A DNA stretch of 64,000 nucleotides from the human T2T-CHM13v2.0 reference genome, Homo sapiens, in the NCBI RefSeq assembly GCF_009914755.1, contig NC_060942.1, one strand, 5' to 3'. Under the pieces are notes generated by a model. That model was given only the letters and a program-made list of their open reading frames with translations. It was not told the DNA's origin and did not search any database. Numbering within the stretch: the stretch's first letter is position 1; each line of letters starts with the position of its first letter. The translations under genes and the position numbers were made by a program. Shown piece by piece: positions 27,702 through 40,589 of this stretch.

Positions 27702-28696
27702 TGAAATAAAATAAACTGCTGTCCCAACGTTGAATCTGAGTCTTCTGTTGTGGCTTGTCTTGGGACCTGGACCAAAAAGGCATCCTGGCATTAGTAGACA
27801 AGCGTCATACATGAGATGCTGTACGATCACTCACAGCACACACAGTGTGGAAAAGAGAAGCAACAGCAGCAGTGAATTTATTGAGTACCTGTTTGGACAC
27901 AGGACTGAGCTCTCATCGGATTAAGTAAGACCTCATGCTTTTCAGGCATATTGTACATGGGGGTATGTGCCATGGGCAGGGAGAAGGATCTCATGAGGAC
28001 AATGAGACTTCCTGTTAGGCAGTGGGGATCACGTGGCTCGTCTGACATTTAAAGAGATACTTTAAACTTCTTTAGTGATATATGGCCTTCTAGTGTCATA
28101 GACTGTGATTGTTCAACAAAGAATGTTTTAAGGCAGGATATGCAATGATGTGAAAGCACAGTCTTATCGACTCTTCACCATTAAAAAAAAAAATCAATAT
28201 TTCCCACCACACTTATTTACTGCTAACTGAATAGTGGTACCACAGAAATACAAAGAGAAAGAAATTCTCAACTTTTCAAGTTGCAAAGTTGACTTCCGTA
28301 GTCCATAGCAGAAGTAATTACCTTGAGAGAAAATACTTTCTGAGACCCAGATCCAGGTGGGTTTTGGAGAATGAAATAAAGTCGCAATCTACTGAATGTG
28401 GAGATACAATAGGTGTAATAAAAATACTTGAAGATCCTTAAATTCCAGGAAATAAACATTAGTAAGCTCAAAATTAAGGAATTTGGTCTCTTCTCTTTGC
28501 ATTTATTTGCATTAATGCGTAAATGCTGAGGAGTCTCTAAAGCAGTTGTAATTTCTGCTTTAGAAAGCTGCGGAATGCTCAGAGGAAGAACTGGAGACTG
28601 ATAAAACTGTGGATATTAGAAATAATAGTGGGATGGGATAAAAATGTGAGTATCAGAAAAGTGATATCAGAAGGGCATCGGATAAAAAAATCTGAC

Positions 28697-28948
28697 ACTT
28701 TGGGAGGCCAAGGCGGGCAGATCACGAGGTCAGGAGATTGAGACCATCCTGACCAACATGGTGAAACCCTGTCTCTACTAAAAATACAAAAATTAGCTGG
28801 GCATGGTGGCACATGCCTGTAATTGCAGCTACTCAGGAGGCTGAGGTAGGAAAATCACTTGAACCCTGGAGGCGGAGGTTGCAGTGAGCCGAGGCACTCC
28901 AGCCTGGGTGAAAAGAGTGAAACTCCGTCTCAAAATCAATCAATCAAT
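28697..28948 (+). mobile_element. 5'-truncated AluSc-like with an (AATC)n tail
   Basis: Starts at ctttgggagg; TSD aatctgaca on both sides. Confidence 0.92.
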
Positions 28949-29320
28949 CTGACAGTTCCCTCTGATCTCATTCTAGCTCGTTCCTTGATTCAGTTTGTTA
29001 CCACCAGCATCCAAAAAAGAATCTAAGTTCATGTGTGGAGGAAGTGAAAACGTTCACATCCTATAGACTGACAATAGCACACCAGTTATAATTGTGCTGA
29101 ACTCATGGATACTACGTAGATCCTCAGATATTTATGTCAGCAAATTCTAATGTAAACTGGTGAATCCCAAGTGGTCTTAAAACATTTCCACGTGGAATTA
29201 AGAACTCAAATTCAGGGGGACATCCATGGACTATGAAGAAGGGAGAGTGTACTGACCAGGCAGGTGAGCAGATGAGCAGATGAGCAGAACCAACCTGGAT
29301 GATCAGAGTTCATAGCCAGG

Positions 29321-29768
29321 TGTGATGGTTAATACTGAGTGTCAACTTGATTGGATTGACGGATGCAGAGTATTGGTCTGGAGTGTGTCTGTGAGGGTGT
29401 TGCCAAAGGAGATTAACATTTGAGTCAGTGTGCTGGGAAATGCAGACCCACCCTTAATCTGGTTGGGCACCATTTAATCAGTTGATAGTGCTGCTAGAAT
29501 ATAAAGCAGGCAGAAAAATGTGAAAAGGCTCAACTAGCTTAGCCTCCCAGCCTACATCTTTCTCCTGTGCTGGATGCTTCCTGCCCGTGAACGCTGGACT
29601 CCAAGTTTTTCAGCTTTGGAACTTGGACTGGCTTCCTTGCTCCTCAGCTTGCAGAGGGCCTATTGTGGGACCTTGTGATTGTGTGAGTTAATACTCCTTA
29701 ATAAACTCCCCTTTGTATATATATCTATCCTATTAGTTCTGGCCCTCTAGAGAACCCTGACTAATATA
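29321..29768 (+). mobile_element. MLT2A (A2-like) HERV-L solo LTR
   Basis: tgtgatggttaatactgagtgtcaacttgattggattga...gaaccctgactaatata; exact 5-bp TSD ccagg. Confidence 0.93.
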
Positions 29769-30269
29769 CCAGGTGAACTTTATTTTTTTATAGATTGGAT
29801 TATAAGATGTGATGATTTTCATATTAATGGGGCTTGCTAGCAGTTGTTACTCAAGGAGAATTGCTATTGTGTAGAATTGCTATTGTGTTTCCATTTATTG
29901 ATACAATATTGTGAATGAATTATCTCTTTCATATTACATACCATAGAAGTTGGGATCAATTTTTACTTTCACCATTTCATTGAAGACCACAAAAATGTAA
30001 GGCAAAAGAACAAAGGGAACTCTAACATCTTAACTTGGTAACAAGAGCCATCTTTGTTTCTAGGTGATGCTGGCAACTTGTAGGTGAAACTACAACCAGT
30101 TTCAATGTAACATTCATATTTCTGTTGTTTGACATTCATGGAATGATAGTAGTATTGTCAAAAGAACAATCCATCAGAGAAGCTTTGATGTGTTAGCCAA
30201 GGCCTCATCCACCAGCTTTGTGCAAAAACAAAAATGGAAGTGTGAGGATCCTCTTAAAGAAGGGGTCTC

Positions 30270-31053
30270 CATGAAAAAATGCTCATTACCACTGGCCTTA
30301 AGAGAAATGCAAATCAAAACCACAATGAGATCCCATCTCACACCAGTTAGAATGGCGATCATTAAAAAGTCAGGAAACAACAGGTGCTGGAGAGGATGTG
30401 AAATAGGAACACTTTTGCACTCTTGGTGGGACTGTAAAGTAGTTCAACCATTGTGGAAGACAGTGTGGCGATTCCTCAAGGATCTAGAACTAGAAATATC
30501 ACTTGACCCAGCCATCCCCCTAGTGGGTATATACCCAAAGGATTATAAATCATGCTGCTATAAAGACACATGCACACATATGTTTATTGCAGCACTATTC
30601 ACAATAGCAAAGACTTGGAACCAACCCAAATGTCCATCAATGATAGACTGGATTAAGAAAATGTGGGACATATACACCATGGAATACTATGCAGCCATAA
30701 AAAAGGATGAGTTCATGTCCTTTGTAGGGACATGCATGAAGCTGGAAACCATCATTCTGAGCAAACTATCGCAAGGACAGAAAACCAAACACCGCATGTT
30801 CTCACTCATAGGTGGGAATTGAACAATGAGAACACTTGGACACTGGGTGGGGAACATCACACACTGGGGTCTGTTGTGGGGTGGGGGGAGAGGGGAGGGA
30901 TAGCATTAGGAGATATACCTAATGTAAATGACGAGTTAATGGGTGCAGCACACCAACATGGCACATGTGTATATATGTAACAAACCTGCACATTGTGCAC
31001 ATGTACCCTAGAACTTAAAGTATAATAAAAAAAAATCAAAATCAAAAACAGAA
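30270..31053 (+). mobile_element. 5'-truncated L1PA (L1PA5-like)
   Basis: Open ORF2 C-terminus to ...MFSLIGGN*; 3'UTR; poly(A); near-TSD aaggggtctccat / aaagtgtctccat. Confidence 0.95.
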
Positions 31054-31584
31054 AAAAAGTGTCTCCATCGCTGTATAACTGAAAGTCTCTCACTCTCAGG
31101 CCATGATTTCTTCTTGGTTATTTCATTATATTTTGCAAAAACCTTAATAGTGAGGACTAAATAAAAGTTTATCTGTTTTGGTCCCCTATTGTGAATCTGT
31201 CTTATGTTTGAGATTTATTTCCTCAATTAGGCCTTTGAACATTAATATATATCACAGAGCTTAAACACAGCCACGTTAGGCATTTCCATTTAACACAGAG
31301 CTTTTAGTGTGGTTCATGATGAATATTTTGCATTTTTCTTTTTTCTAAAGACCTAGGGAATTGTTATATAAGTTGTTAGTAATATGTCTGCAAGAACAAA
31401 GCAATATGGCTTAAACAGCTCAAAATCATGCTATGAAAGCTCCACTCTATCCAATTCATACACAATTCAGCAGCATTTTCCTCTGCTTTCCCCTGGGAAA
31501 ATGTGAAATATGATGCCCTATAGGATTGTAGATTGGTAATGCTAATATTTGTTCTTCCCCAAATTTACTTGCAAGAAGTTAAGA

Positions 31585-31785
31585 GCATTGGCTTAAGGGT
31601 TAGAGGATGAAAATTCTGGGCCCAATTCTGTTGTTTTTTTGCTGTGACCTCAGACAAGTCATACAATTTATTGGAAGCAAAATTTTCTCTTTGAGATGGG
31701 TACATCTCAAAGAATGTTGTCATCTACTTAACATTCTCCCAAGTCGTGAAAATCAAAGATAATATTACATGGCACTGTGTTTGAA
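31585..31785 (+). mobile_element. MIR fragment
   Basis: gctgtgacctcagacaagtca core-like motif. Confidence 0.5.
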
Positions 31786-31796
31786 AATAGGAATCT

Positions 31797-32541
31797 ATGA
31801 TCATTAGAGAAATGCAAATCAAAACTGCAATGAGATACCATCCCACAACAGTGAGAATGGCTATTATTAAAAAGTTAAAAAATAACAGATACTGGTGAGG
31901 TTGCAGAGAAAAAGGAACACTTATACACTGTTGGTGGGAATGTAAATTAGTTCAACCATTGTAGAAAACAGTATGGCAATTCCTCAAAGACCTAAAGATG
32001 TACTACCATTTGATCCAGCAATCCCCTTACTGAGTATCTACCCAAAGGAATATAAATAATTCTATCATAAAGACACATGCACATGCATGTTCATTGCAGC
32101 ACTATTCACAATAGCAAAGATATGGAATCAACCTAAATGCCCATCAATGATAGATTGGATCAAGAAAATGTGGTACATATACACCATGGGATACTGTGCA
32201 GCCATAAAAAAGAACGAGATCATGTCTTTTTTAGGAACATAGATGGAGCTGGAGGCTTATCCTTAGCAAACTAATGCAGGAAAAGAAAATCAAATACCAC
32301 ATATTCTTACTTATAAGTGGGAGTTAAATGAGAACACATGGACATATGGAGGGGAACAACACACACTGGGGGCTGTTGGAGGGTGGAGGGAGGGAGGAGA
32401 GAGAGGACCAGGAAAAATGACTAATGGGTACTAGGCTTAATACCTGGGTGAAGAAATAATCTGTATGATAAACTTCTATCATACAAGTCTAGCTATGTGA
32501 CAAACCTGCACTTGTACCCCTGAATTTAAAAGTTTAAAAAA
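31797..32541 (+). mobile_element. 5'-truncated old L1PA (L1PA13-16-like)
   Basis: tgatcattagagaaatgcaaatcaaaac...gtacccctgaatttaaaagtt. Confidence 0.92.
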
Positions 32542-32600
32542 TAGAGAGTCCATACACATAATGAAAAATTAATGAGTTGATCTAGAAAAGAGGGTGAATT

Positions 32601-32946
<346 letters not shown>

Positions 32947-33399
32947 TCAATTGCCCATAGAGCAATTGCCCACCTCCACCCCAGGTTCATGCCCGTGGTT
33001 TCCACACTTCAGTCTAAATTATCCATCTCCTCCTTTAAGAGGTTGATATTCTAGTAGTGCTATAGGGAGTTATATAGTAGTTCGTAAGATACATCAATGC
33101 AGCCTAATTGTCAGGGTTACCCAAGAGTTGTAAGTAGTTACTAACAATCGGAAGTCCATGATTTTTACATTTGTATCATTTCCTTCCTGTGGTGAATGTT
33201 TTGTTATATCTAAGGTCTGATGAGTCTTGAAGACAAGACTGATGAATTCACAGATTTCTCTATCTGCCCTGATAGTAGAACTCTCTCAAATCTGTACATT
33301 GGAGCACCACATTGCTTTGAATTTGAATATTTAATCTTGTAGCATTCTTTTTAATTGAAGTTTTTTAACCTCTCAGCAAAATCTTTAAAAATTTTTATT

Positions 33400-35250
33400 T
33401 TTTTCAGTAAACAAATCTTTATCTGACAAAGGAAATAGCTGGAGACGTACCTTCACAAAACCACCGCCGACGTTCCCCTGACGTGTGCTGCCCCAGTTTT
33501 ATAAATTAGAAATCTGGTCATCGCAGCTTAGTTTCTAAGCAGTACCAGCTGTCTTCTCTTTCGAACACTGCAAAGATGCTTTGAAGCTGCTTCTGTATTG
33601 TTGGCAACATTAGCACAGAAAGATTTGAAGACTGTAATAGCTGGAAAAGGTTACACAGCCTCACATAATTGACTATGGCAATATAAAATATTGCCTGCTC
33701 TGTTTAGTAACAAAGTAGATAATGCTTTCTTTGGGATTCGAAGGGAAACAAAGTAAAGCCGAATTGCCTTTGCTGTGAAGCTTCCAGGTTAAAAGCTGCA
33801 AATCTGTGCTGTAAAGCGTGTCTTCCCTGGCTGTGTATAGTAAATTACCATCCCATCCTGCTGTGTGGACAATATGTTTCCAGCTTAATGAGTCAGATGC
33901 TTTGTGTTTCCTCCTGCTATTTAGTGCAAGGCAAATGGGTGCATAAAAAGAACAGAATCCAGTGGACATCATTGTTTTAGTTTATTTACCTTCAAATAAT
34001 TCTCAGATAAAATAATTATGTGGATTTTTAAAAATCAAAATCCACAATGTTGTATTTATTTTCTTTGTATAAAGAAAAAATTCAAAATGAATCACAGATA
34101 GATAGGAGTTGCTTTGAATTACAGCAGTAATTGTTAATCACATGCTAGCTACCTCATTCACAAGGTCTTAGCAGGTAAATTTTTAGTGAAAAAAAAAGTT
34201 CTTTGTTATGGTTACTGTTGCATTATTTAAAATCAAAGGGCAAGTTAGACTTAATCTTACTTTTGCTTTTTGTGGTTTAAGGTTTATTTGTTTGCTGAGG
34301 TTTGATAGGCATTTAGGAAAACATTTTTGAAAAGACTGGATCAGTTCTTTCCATATTCATTACTATACCTTTAAAAATGAATGTGACAAGACACTCTTAA
34401 AACCATTATGGGAACTCCTCTGAGGAGCTATTAATAATTCAAACATTATTCAAACAATTTTTGCAAGACAAAACCACTGTGGGGCACTTTGGAGGCAGGT
34501 ATAGGGGCAAAATAAAAATGTTCTTATATTGATATGTAAAACCAAGAATCACAAAATCAAATTCATTCTAAGGTAGAAGATAAACACCACTATTGGCTAC
34601 TACCAGGCTTTGCAAAAGAACAATAAAAAGACTACTTCCCAGGTATTTTAGAGGTAATAGAAATAAACCTTTAAAGAGAAGGGTAAAATATTTATTGAGG
34701 AGTGCTCTGTACACTCTAGAATTACACAGGGCTGGTGACAGTGATTAAATGTTCCATGGCTACATAGAGAGATGCTGAGGTTTTAATGTACAAGATATTG
34801 ATTACACGATGAATCCCAACAGTTTGTTTCCTGCAGTTGCTTGCAGCATGGGGAGAAATGAAAATAACAAGTACAATTCTGTAGGCTACATTGCATGCAA
34901 AATGGAGCAGGTGATGAGCTAATTGAGGGATGAATTTCCTTCTCCCATTCATAAATGTGAGAGTTGCATAATGAGTTAATCTGTCTGAAATGAGGAAGTA
35001 TAATTATACCATATAATGATTAAAGATGACAATGAAATATTGTGATTTTCAGTTCAGCTTTAAGACTGGCCTCTTATTTGGTTTTCATTAAATATTTCAA
35101 TGTGCAATGGTACCCACTAGGATTTTCCCCACTGGCGGAATTCAAGTGTATAAATTAGAGAGGGCCCTTAATTAGAGGAAAATATGAAAAAAATTGCATG
35201 TCTTAAAATGACTTGATGTTATTTATGATTTCAAAGTTCTTATGTAGATG
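33400..35250. promoter_or_regulatory. Candidate conserved non-coding/enhancer block
   Basis: No recognisable repeat over ~2 kb; CpG cluster at 33447-33563 with TGACGT; many TAAT/ATTA cores. Inference only. Confidence 0.3.
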
Positions 35251-35339
35251 GATAACATATAGACTACATTAAATTTCAGTTACTCCCTTGATTTTCCTTA
35301 TCACCTTTTACTTTCTTTATGCTTAACATCAAGCTTTAA

Positions 35340-35623
35340 TTTTATTTAGTTATTTATTGAGACAAGGTGTCGCTCTGTCACCCAGGCTGGGGTACAATGG
35401 CACAATCACAGCTCACTGCAGCCACGACCTCCCAGGCTCAGGTGATCCTACCTCAGCCTCCTGAGTAGCTTGGAGTACAGGTGCCTGCCAGCAGCCTGGC
35501 TAATTTTTGTATTTTTTGTAGAGACAAGGTTTCACCATGTTGCCCAGGCTGGTCTCGAACTCATGGGCTCTAGCGATCTGCCTGCCTCAGCCTCCAAAAG
35601 TGCTAGGATTACAGGCATGATGG
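35340..35623 (-). mobile_element. AluJ
   Basis: cacagctcactgcagcc and tgttgcccaggctgg diagnostics; near-TSD caagctttaatttt/caagctataatttt. Confidence 0.92.
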
Positions 35624-36552
35624 CAAGCTATAATTTTAAATATAGTTACCCCCAAGTTAAGAAGCAAATGGTTATGAAGGAAAACAGAAACACAGGATCA
35701 GCAGCAGGTGGCTAGATGCAGATCAGAAATTGACTATGAGGAAAAAAGAACTGAGACAGCCTAAAAATGACTGAAACAACTTCCCTATCCATGTGGTTCC
35801 AGCTCACTCTGTCCAATATGCTCACGTTTTCATCACATTCCCCACTGACCAGTTTTTGTAAAAGACCAGTCCCTTCACAGGAGTAAAGCAACAGCTGTCC
35901 TAGTCCTGTTTTCATTTTCTTTTTTAGTGTTTATAGGAAAATTAATGGAGTCAGTTGCCAAAGGGAGCATCAAAGTTGAGCAGAAAATAAAATAAGACCC
36001 TTGTAGAAAGTTCTTGGTAATACTGTTGTTTCCTTTAAAAGCTGTACCTTAGTAGTTGATGAAATGAAAAAGTAAAGTGAAGTTCAAGGGTGAGAGTTTA
36101 TGGTTAATGAGTTTTGGATGGAATTTTGTCCCAAGGCATTTGTCTCCTTGCATTCCTTTATACAAGAATATGATTAGATATTTTTAGAGATCATAGACTG
36201 TATCTATTTTTATATGCAAATATTTTAAATTCAATTTGTTGTGATTTATAGTATTTGAAGTATAGTGTGGCATACATAGTATGGTATAGTATACTGTATA
36301 CTTGCAAGTAATCATATTGTAGATGGCATGACAATATTATGCTGATTTTTAAAGGTGAGAGCAATGTGAATGCTTTCTTGTGATTACCTACTGGGAATGG
36401 TAAGCTGCCATGTGAAGAATGATGTATTAGTGATTATCTTTGTCTAGAGCTTAAAGGATTGATGTCATTGAATATATTTAAGGTTTTCAAATTAAAACTT
36501 AATATTTGTCACAGATAAAAATGTTAGAGAAAGGAAAATATTTATAAACAAC

Positions 36553-36915
36553 ATTTTTATTAATAAAACTTCCAGATATATATAAAATTAGAGATCATGT
36601 CATGGTAAGCTCCTATACCCAGTCATTCAGCTTCAATAATTATCAGCGTTCCTCACCTGGGGAACTACTTTGAGGCAAATCCCAGACATGATAGCATTTC
36701 TTTTATAAATATTTCAGTGTGTATCTCCAAAGGAAACCATCTTCTTAGAAAAAAATAAAGCCACTATACCATCATTATGCTTAAAACTTAGCAATGATTT
36801 CCTAATATGACAATGATTCCTTAATGTCACCAAGCATCAATGAGTGTTCAGATTATCCCAATTGCCTTTATATGTTTTTTTAGTGTTTGTTTGTTTGAAT
36901 CAGGAACAAATGAGT
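36553..36915 (-). mobile_element. L1MC5-like 3' end
   Basis: cagcttcaataattatca, gcaaatcccagacat and taaatatttcagtgtgtatctc motifs. Confidence 0.7.
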
Positions 36916-39616
36916 TTGCACCTAGGGAACCCATTTTTTTGTAACAAAAACTCTTGTTAGAAAAGAATTTGCCTTTTGGGGCTTAGAAATCCATTTCTAC
37001 AAATACATCTGATGGCTCTGCCTTATCTTTATAGATTTGGTTATCTTTCTTGAAAATGTGCACCTCTTCTTAGGTATTTTCCTCTGAAGAATCATTCAGA
37101 CCAAGGAACCTTTTGGGTATTGGCTTTCTTTTATGAATCCTACAAAAGAAATGCAACTCTCTACCGTAAAAAGTGACCCATGAGTCTGATGACATTTAAT
37201 TTGAGCACTTAACGTTTACGTGGTGACCACAGCTACTATGAATCTAAAGTGTATTCTTTCATCTATTTTATCTTGTCAAAAATTTCATGACTTTGACCTT
37301 TTCTTTCCCTACAATCTCTACATATATAGGAGAATTTTAAAAGTATTTTTGGCAATCAGGATTTTCTTCTGATCGTTGTGTGAAAAAGAAACATTTATGA
37401 TCTTGAAAAAAGCATATGTTAACTTCCTTTGAATTCTTTAGATCAGCTAAAAGATGAATTTGCCATTTTAAGAATATGATATTGAAAAGATCTGTCTTCA
37501 AAGTGAACCCATGCAGGAATACTTTTTTATCTTAGGGAATTTATATTTTTTAAAGGAACCAGCAATCAAATTTGAAAACCAGTATGTACCCAATGGATCA
37601 GACTTTTCAAAGAATCATGTCTCAAAAAATAGAGCTTTTGATTTCTTAAAATGATCTCTGAAGTTCCATTTTGAAATACATAAATCAACAAATTGAATTT
37701 TAATGGAAAATCAAGGGTGTTTTTCTAAAGGCTCTTGAATGAAGCTTTGAAAAATATAAAGGCAGGGAATTATCAGCTTGTTATAACAGCATTAACTTCA
37801 CTCCAACAATTTTATTTTTAGGTAAGAAAGGATATAATATCAAGGATAAATGAGGAAAGCATCTTGCTTGTTTAAAATCACAGAACTGGTACATCCCACT
37901 TTTCCCCCTCTGTGGATGTCCTTACCAGCCTCTGAACCACCTGAGTGACCACCAACCACTAAAATCTTAATCGTGTATTCATAACTTCAAAATAGTTGTA
38001 GTTGCTGTTCTATAGTTGTCATTGTATATGTATCTTTTTACTATAAAATCATGAACTAGAAGATTAGACAACCATGCTGTATTCAATACATTCCGTAAAA
38101 CAATAAAAATATAATTTTTCTCCCATCCATTTGGCAGTATAATATTCAAAATATGAAAATGCATGGATTTCATGCACATTAATTGTTTGAAAAATAATGC
38201 TGTGAGATTTATATTTATGATATTATTACCATATATGAGTAGGACCTGAAACTGAGAGGTTAGATGACTCAACCAGTGTTGCACAGTAACAGACAGAGGA
38301 CTTCTCCAAGTTTGGGTATCACTGCAAATCACACATGCATTCCACTTCAATGTACCACCTCTCATACTAATGCATATACAAGGGAAAGGACAATCAGAAA
38401 AATGAAAATCATAAAATTTCAGACCAAAGAGAGCTTTTCTTTGAGTGGGAAAAATTGAAGAAGTAAGTCAATAAGAAGTCAAAATGGAGAGTAATTGCTG
38501 AAGGGTTAAATCTCTTTTTGAGTATGATAAGGGCCTTACATTTATAATGGTCATCTGCATTTGTTTCTCCTGTGTATCTGCTCAATGGGGAAAAAAGATA
38601 ACCACGTTAGCTGTTTCTTAAGTTTCCTACATAGGATAATTACAAAGAACCATATAGTCATCGAGAAAGTTATTTTTTTAGCTAAGCCAATGCCAGTGTG
38701 TCCTAATGAACAAAGGCTATTATTAAATCTTAAATTCAAATGTATGTAGGTAGTTGAGTAATATGTCACATATTATTATGCTTTAATCTTGAATGTGTAT
38801 GTATTTTATTCATGAATCAGTGGAAATATTTAAGTTGTGTATGGAAAGGAATAAAAAGAGAAACACTATCTGTTTTGTTATATGCACATTTTGCTTCTTG
38901 AGTTTTGGGCTTCGCTTCATCCACTCTATGGCCTGATATCTTTATTTTCTTGTTCACAGGGTAGGTTTGCTTAGGAGTGGTGTGTGTGTCTGTGTGTGTG
39001 TGTGTTTGTACAAAGACCTTAAAAGTTCTCTGAATTTGAGGTGCTATGGGGTAATGATTCATTTAACAGAAATTGATTTCATCTGGAATTCTCCTGATAA
39101 ATGTTATTGAAACAAAATGATTTTATATTCTTACTTTAATAACATGATGCTGTTTGGTACAAACTTTTAAAAAATATGATCATGTGTGAAAACTCATGAG
39201 AGTTTGAATAATCACCATGAACATCTCAAGTCCTCAGTAGTTTCATATGAAGATTTCACAGTGCTGGCTTGTTAGTATTGTTCATTTCCATGGATAATTT
39301 CATTTGGTGTCCTCTGTACTGTGTAGGAGCAGATGGTGTGTTTGCTTACTGCTCGGCCCAAGGTTTTCCTGTGGGATGGGCTCTCTTAGTGCACAGGAGT
39401 GTTTAGTGGCTGCATTGTGTGCTTGGGGTGAGAGAGGGAGATGAAGCCTTTTCCTGCATTATGCTCTAGGAGTCTTCTGCAAGGATTCTATGCTGAAGAA
39501 GGAGGCTGTCTAAACTCAGATGAATTCTCTGAGCATACATCCAACTTACGTGTTTTTATGGGCATGAATTTTTTCCATTCTTCAGCTATATCCCTTTATT
39601 TCATTTCATTAAAAGA

Positions 39617-40589
39617 TTAAAAATGGGCAAAAGATCTGAATAGACATATCTTGAAAGACATACCAATTGCCAATAGGTATATGAAAAAATACTCAACGTC
39701 ACTAGTCATCAGGGAAGTGCAAATCAAAACCACAATGAGATACCATCTCACCTTCGTTAAAATGACTTTCATCAAAAAGATAAAAAATAATGGATGCTGA
39801 TGAGGATGCAGAGGAGGAGGAGCATTGTATACTCTTCGTGGGAATGTAAATTAGTACAACCACTGTGGAAAACAGTATGGGGGTTCCTCCAAAAAACAAA
39901 AATAGAAATACCATATGATCCAGCAACCCCACTACTGGGTATATACCCAGAAGAAAGGAAATCAGTTTATCAAAGAAACATCTGCACTTCCATGTTTACT
40001 GTAGTACTATTCACAATAGCCAAGATTTGGAATCAGTTTAAATGTCTATCAACAGATGGATAAAGGAAATTGGTATATGTACACAATGGCATATTATCCA
40101 GCTACAAAAATAATGAAATCCTGTCATTTTCGTCAACATAGAACTGGCGGTCATTATGTTAAGCGAAATAAGCCAGACACAGAAAGACAAATACTGCATA
40201 TTCTCACTCATATGTGGGAGCTAAAAATGTAGATCTCATGGAGGAAGAGAGTTGACTGGTGATTACCAGAAGCTGGGAAGGGTAGGAGTAAGAGGGGATG
40301 AAGAGAGATTAGTTCATGGTTATAAAAATACAGTTAGCTAGAAGGAATAAGATGCAGAGTTCAATAGTACAACAGGGTGACTATAGTTGACAATAATGTA
40401 TCATATAGTTCAAGTAGCCATAAGAGATGAATTGCAATATTCCCAATGTAGAGAACAAAAATAAGTTTGAAGTGATGGATATCTCAATTACCCAGATTTG
40501 ATCTTTACACATTGTATGCATGTATCAAAATATCACTTTTACCCCCAAAATATGTACAACTCTTGTATGTCAATAAAAAGTTTTAAAAA
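39617..40589 (+). mobile_element. 5'-truncated L1MA
   Basis: aaaaatgggcaaaagatctgaatagaca; ORF2 C-terminal peptide 39794-40063; L1MA-type 3'UTR ending tcaataaaaa. Confidence 0.9.

Noticed and set aside
30190-30822. Longest ORF (210 aa) as a novel chimeric gene
   Set aside because: About 27 codons of flank happen to be in frame with an L1PA ORF2 C-terminus. The start is GTG, the CCHC spacing is damaged, and an open frame is expected in a young L1.
37979-38365. 128-aa ORF in unique DNA
   Set aside because: No recognisable domain, composition typical of AT-rich non-coding DNA, and no splice context
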